DNA of 64,000 nucleotides from Nitrospirota bacterium (lineage in GTDB: Bacteria; Nitrospirota; UBA9217), in NCBI GenBank assembly GCA_963737155.1, contig CAVTRN010000001.1, forward strand, positions 864,001 through 928,000, written 5' to 3'. Positions 61,659-64,000 of this stretch are shown here, piece by piece. Made by a program: the position numbers and the translations under genes. Each line of letters opens with the position of its first letter. Within the stretch, counting starts at the first letter, position 1. Below the pieces are notes generated by a model, which saw only the letters and a list, made by a program, of their open reading frames with translations, did no database searches and was not told the origin of the DNA.

Positions 61659-63272
61659 CTATTTTTTTTTCAGGACGATCAGCATCCAGAGGAACAGCAC
61701 TCCGCAGATTCCGGCAGCCCAGGCGCTTTCATGGCTAAAATGGTTGATGTCAAACACAACCGTTGCCATGCCCGCAGTTGCCACCAGGATCGCAAAAACA
61801 AAACCTTTACCGATGCGGTGGATTTTCTGCAGTTCTGTTACGATGTGCTGCGACATGATCTCGACGCGCGTCTCTCCGCGGCTCGTGGTCACGAGAAAAT
61901 CTGCCACGAGTTTCGGCAGTTTCAGAATCGCACGGCTGGAAGTGACGGTCTGCTGGAGGACGCCCGCGGCGGTAAACTCTTCCGCCTTGATGAACCGTTT
62001 GGCAAAAGGGGCGGCGATTTCGATGATGTTGGTTTCGGGGTCGAGACGGGAGCCGAGTCCGTTCAGCATACCAATCACTCGCCCAAAGAGGATAAAGTCA
62101 TTCGGTATCTGAATCGACGGTGAGAGTTGGACCGCCTCTTGGATGTCACGGCCGATTTCCTCGATATCCATGGCCTTGAACTCGGAAGCCGAGATATCGC
62201 GATATTTTCCAAAGATCTTGTCCACGAAATGCACAAGGGGCTGAATGTCCTTGGTGAGCGGAATAAATCCCATGTCCACGAGGGACCGGACAAGGCCGAG
62301 TGAATCGCGGTCAACGATAGCCGCAAAGCCGCGGCGTAGACTCTCCCTCCGCAGCGTCGATATGCGGTCGACCATGCCGAAGTCCACGAGAATGATTTCC
62401 GGGCCAGGCTTCACGAAGATGTTGCCAGGGTGCGGGTCGCCATGGAAAAGGCCGTCGAAGAAAAACATCTGGGCATAGGCCTCGGCGAGAAGGCGGGCCA
62501 CTTCTTTGCGGTCGATCCCCGCCCGGTCGATCCCTTCAAAATCCGTGATCTTGATGCCGGCAATATACTCCAGGCACAGCACCTTTGATGTCGTGAAAGG
62601 CCAGTAAACGACTGGTATCTTGATTCTGGAGTTGTCGGCGAAGTTACGCGCAAAGGCCTCCGCATTCTTACCTTCTTGGATATAATCAAGCTCTTCCTGA
62701 ACGATGCGCGCGAATTCTGAATAGATAACGTCGAGATTAATCTGGCGGAACAGCACACGCAGGATCCGCAGCACGAACTTCAACGTTTTCATGTCCGCGG
62801 CGATCACCTCTTCGATGCCGGGATACTGGACCTTGACTACGATGCATTCGCCGTCCCTGAGGCAGGCACGATGGACTTGGCCGAGGGAAGCCGAAGCGAT
62901 CGGTATTTCGGTGAACGAAGAAAAAACCTCGTCCACGGGGCCCAGCTCTTCGACAAGGCGTTGGGCGATAGCGCTAAAGGGGGCGGGCGGAACCTGATCC
63001 TGGAGCTTCGAGAGTTCGTCAGTATATTCCTCGGGAAGGATGTCCACGCGTGAGGACATGAACTGGCCGATCTTGATGAGGACCCCTCTCATCTCGAGCA
63101 TTCGTTCGCGGAGCATGCGTGCGTTCACGGCATGGAGGCGTTTGAGACGCGCTTGCCGCAGTGCGGGAGAAGCGAACAGACTCCTGAAGGAATGGAATTT
63201 GTAGCTCACGAGGATCGTGAGGAACAAGCGCACACCCTGCAGGAACCGGCTCCAGTAATTGAAAAAATTCAT
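61659..63272 (-). CDS. ABC1/UbiB/AarF-family atypical kinase
   Basis: IKIGQFMSSRVD, LQDQVPP, ASASLGQVHRA, VKVQYP, ELDY..EG, FHGDPHPGN, DFGMV. Confidence 0.93.
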   Translation of the reverse strand: MNFFNYWSRFLQGVRLFLTILVSYKFHSFRSLFASPALRQARLKRLHAVNARMLRERMLEMRGVLIKIGQFMSSRVDILPEEYTDELSKLQDQVPPAPFSAIAQRLVEELGPVDEVFSSFTEIPIASASLGQVHRACLRDGECIVVKVQYPGIEEVIAADMKTLKFVLRILRVLFRQINLDVIYSEFARIVQEELDYIQEGKNAEAFARNFADNSRIKIPVVYWPFTTSKVLCLEYIAGIKITDFEGIDRAGIDRKEVARLLAEAYAQMFFFDGLFHGDPHPGNIFVKPGPEIILVDFGMVDRISTLRRESLRRGFAAIVDRDSLGLVRSLVDMGFIPLTKDIQPLVHFVDKIFGKYRDISASEFKAMDIEEIGRDIQEAVQLSPSIQIPNDFILFGRVIGMLNGLGSRLDPETNIIEIAAPFAKRFIKAEEFTAAGVLQQTVTSSRAILKLPKLVADFLVTTSRGETRVEIMSQHIVTELQKIHRIGKGFVFAILVATAGMATVVFDINHFSHESAWAAGICGVLFLWMLIVLKKK

Positions 63273-63382
63273 ACTTGATTATACCAGATTGTGCGCCGGA
63301 AGGGTATCGAAGAGAAGAACGGGGAGCGTGGGGCAACCGCAGTGTACGGATAGAAAAACTGAACGACCCTGCACGTTGAATG

Positions 63383-64000
63383 TTACGTAAAGATCCCGAT
63401 GACTGCACCGGTCATGCAGGTGGCGAGGGTGCCAGCCATGATCGACTTCATCCCGAGTCCGACAATTTCGTTCCGTCGTTCCGGCGCGAGGCTCCCCAAG
63501 CCGCCTATAAGGATGCCGAGGCTGCCAAAGTTCGCGAAGCTGCTCAAGGCGTAGGCCATGATCAGGCGGCTTCGGTCATCAAGCGCGCCAGCCGGCAGCT
63601 TGGCCATCTCGATGAACGCCAGGAGTTCGTTCAATATCGTTTTCGTGCCCATGAGGAAGCCCGCGGTCTGCGCCTGCGGCCAAGGAATGCCAAAGAGCCA
63701 GACAACCGGAGCCATGATGTAGCCGAGGATTCTCTGGAGCGTAAGGGGTTGTCCCCCCACGTTCGGAAGGAGACTGATGAGCAGGTTGGCCAGGTGAACG
63801 AGAGCTACCATCACCACGAGCATCGCGATGATGTTTAGGAGGAGATGGAGGCCGTCTATGGTTCCGTTGACCACAGCGTCCATGGAACTCGTTGACGTCT
63901 GCTGGGGGACGAGGCTTCCGGCAGTTTCCTCGCCCGTTTCAGGCACCATAATCCTGGCGATCGTAATGGCAGCGGCCACATGGATGAAGGAAGCGGTCAG
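63383..64000 (-). CDS. NupC/CNT-family nucleoside:cation symporter, C-terminal part (5' end outside window)
   Basis: GTKTILNELLAF, YALSSFANFGSLGILIGG, AGTLATCMTG. Confidence 0.9.
   Translation of the reverse strand: MTASFIHVAAAITIARIMVPETGEETAGSLVPQQTSTSSMDAVVNGTIDGLHLLLNIIAMLVVMVALVHLANLLISLLPNVGGQPLTLQRILGYIMAPVVWLFGIPWPQAQTAGFLMGTKTILNELLAFIEMAKLPAGALDDRSRLIMAYALSSFANFGSLGILIGGLGSLAPERRNEIVGLGMKSIMAGTLATCMTGAVIGIFT

Noticed and set aside
1479-63838. Numerous long antisense or overlapping ORFs in the track (e.g. 2731-3519, 19989-20516, 44987-45802, 46411-47307, 51835-52620)
   Set aside because: Shadow frames of well-supported genes on the opposite strand, with no recognisable motifs.

Overview
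Bacterial window, probably from an anaerobe with an outer membrane (sigma54 regulation, TolC/RND systems, a probable selenoprotein; Nitrospirota- or Desulfobacterota-like by inference only). The left half (1-33 kb) is a patchwork: a PQQ-type beta-propeller (5' partial), a SWIM-SNF2 helicase, a UGA-interrupted rhodanese with a SECIS-like hairpin, a DUF748 protein, a YbbA/YbbP/TesA-like module, an IS200-type tnpA element, an MFS transporter, an ABC-HlyD-TolC exporter and a two-component pair, separated by AT-rich gaps with decayed genes. mdtABC follows at 33-41 kb. The highlight is 41.4-60.6 kb, a cluster behind divergent sigma54 promoters. It combines a corrinoid methyl-transfer kit (two Zn-thiol MtaA/MT2-type methyltransferases, an MtrH-family methyltransferase, a corrinoid protein, a RACo activator, a CobW-type GTPase) with a membrane cytochrome b plus CCG-domain pair (HdrED/DsrMK-like) and Methanosarcina-type coenzyme M biosynthesis genes (cysteate synthase, fused ComDE). 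Next to it lie a sulfonate-binding-fold protein with no signal peptide and a PAS/GAF kinase with an NtrC-type activator. This suggests a bacterial CoM- or sulfonate-thiol-dependent methyl-transfer and disulfide-redox system. All family calls come from motif recognition by eye; no database searches were run.
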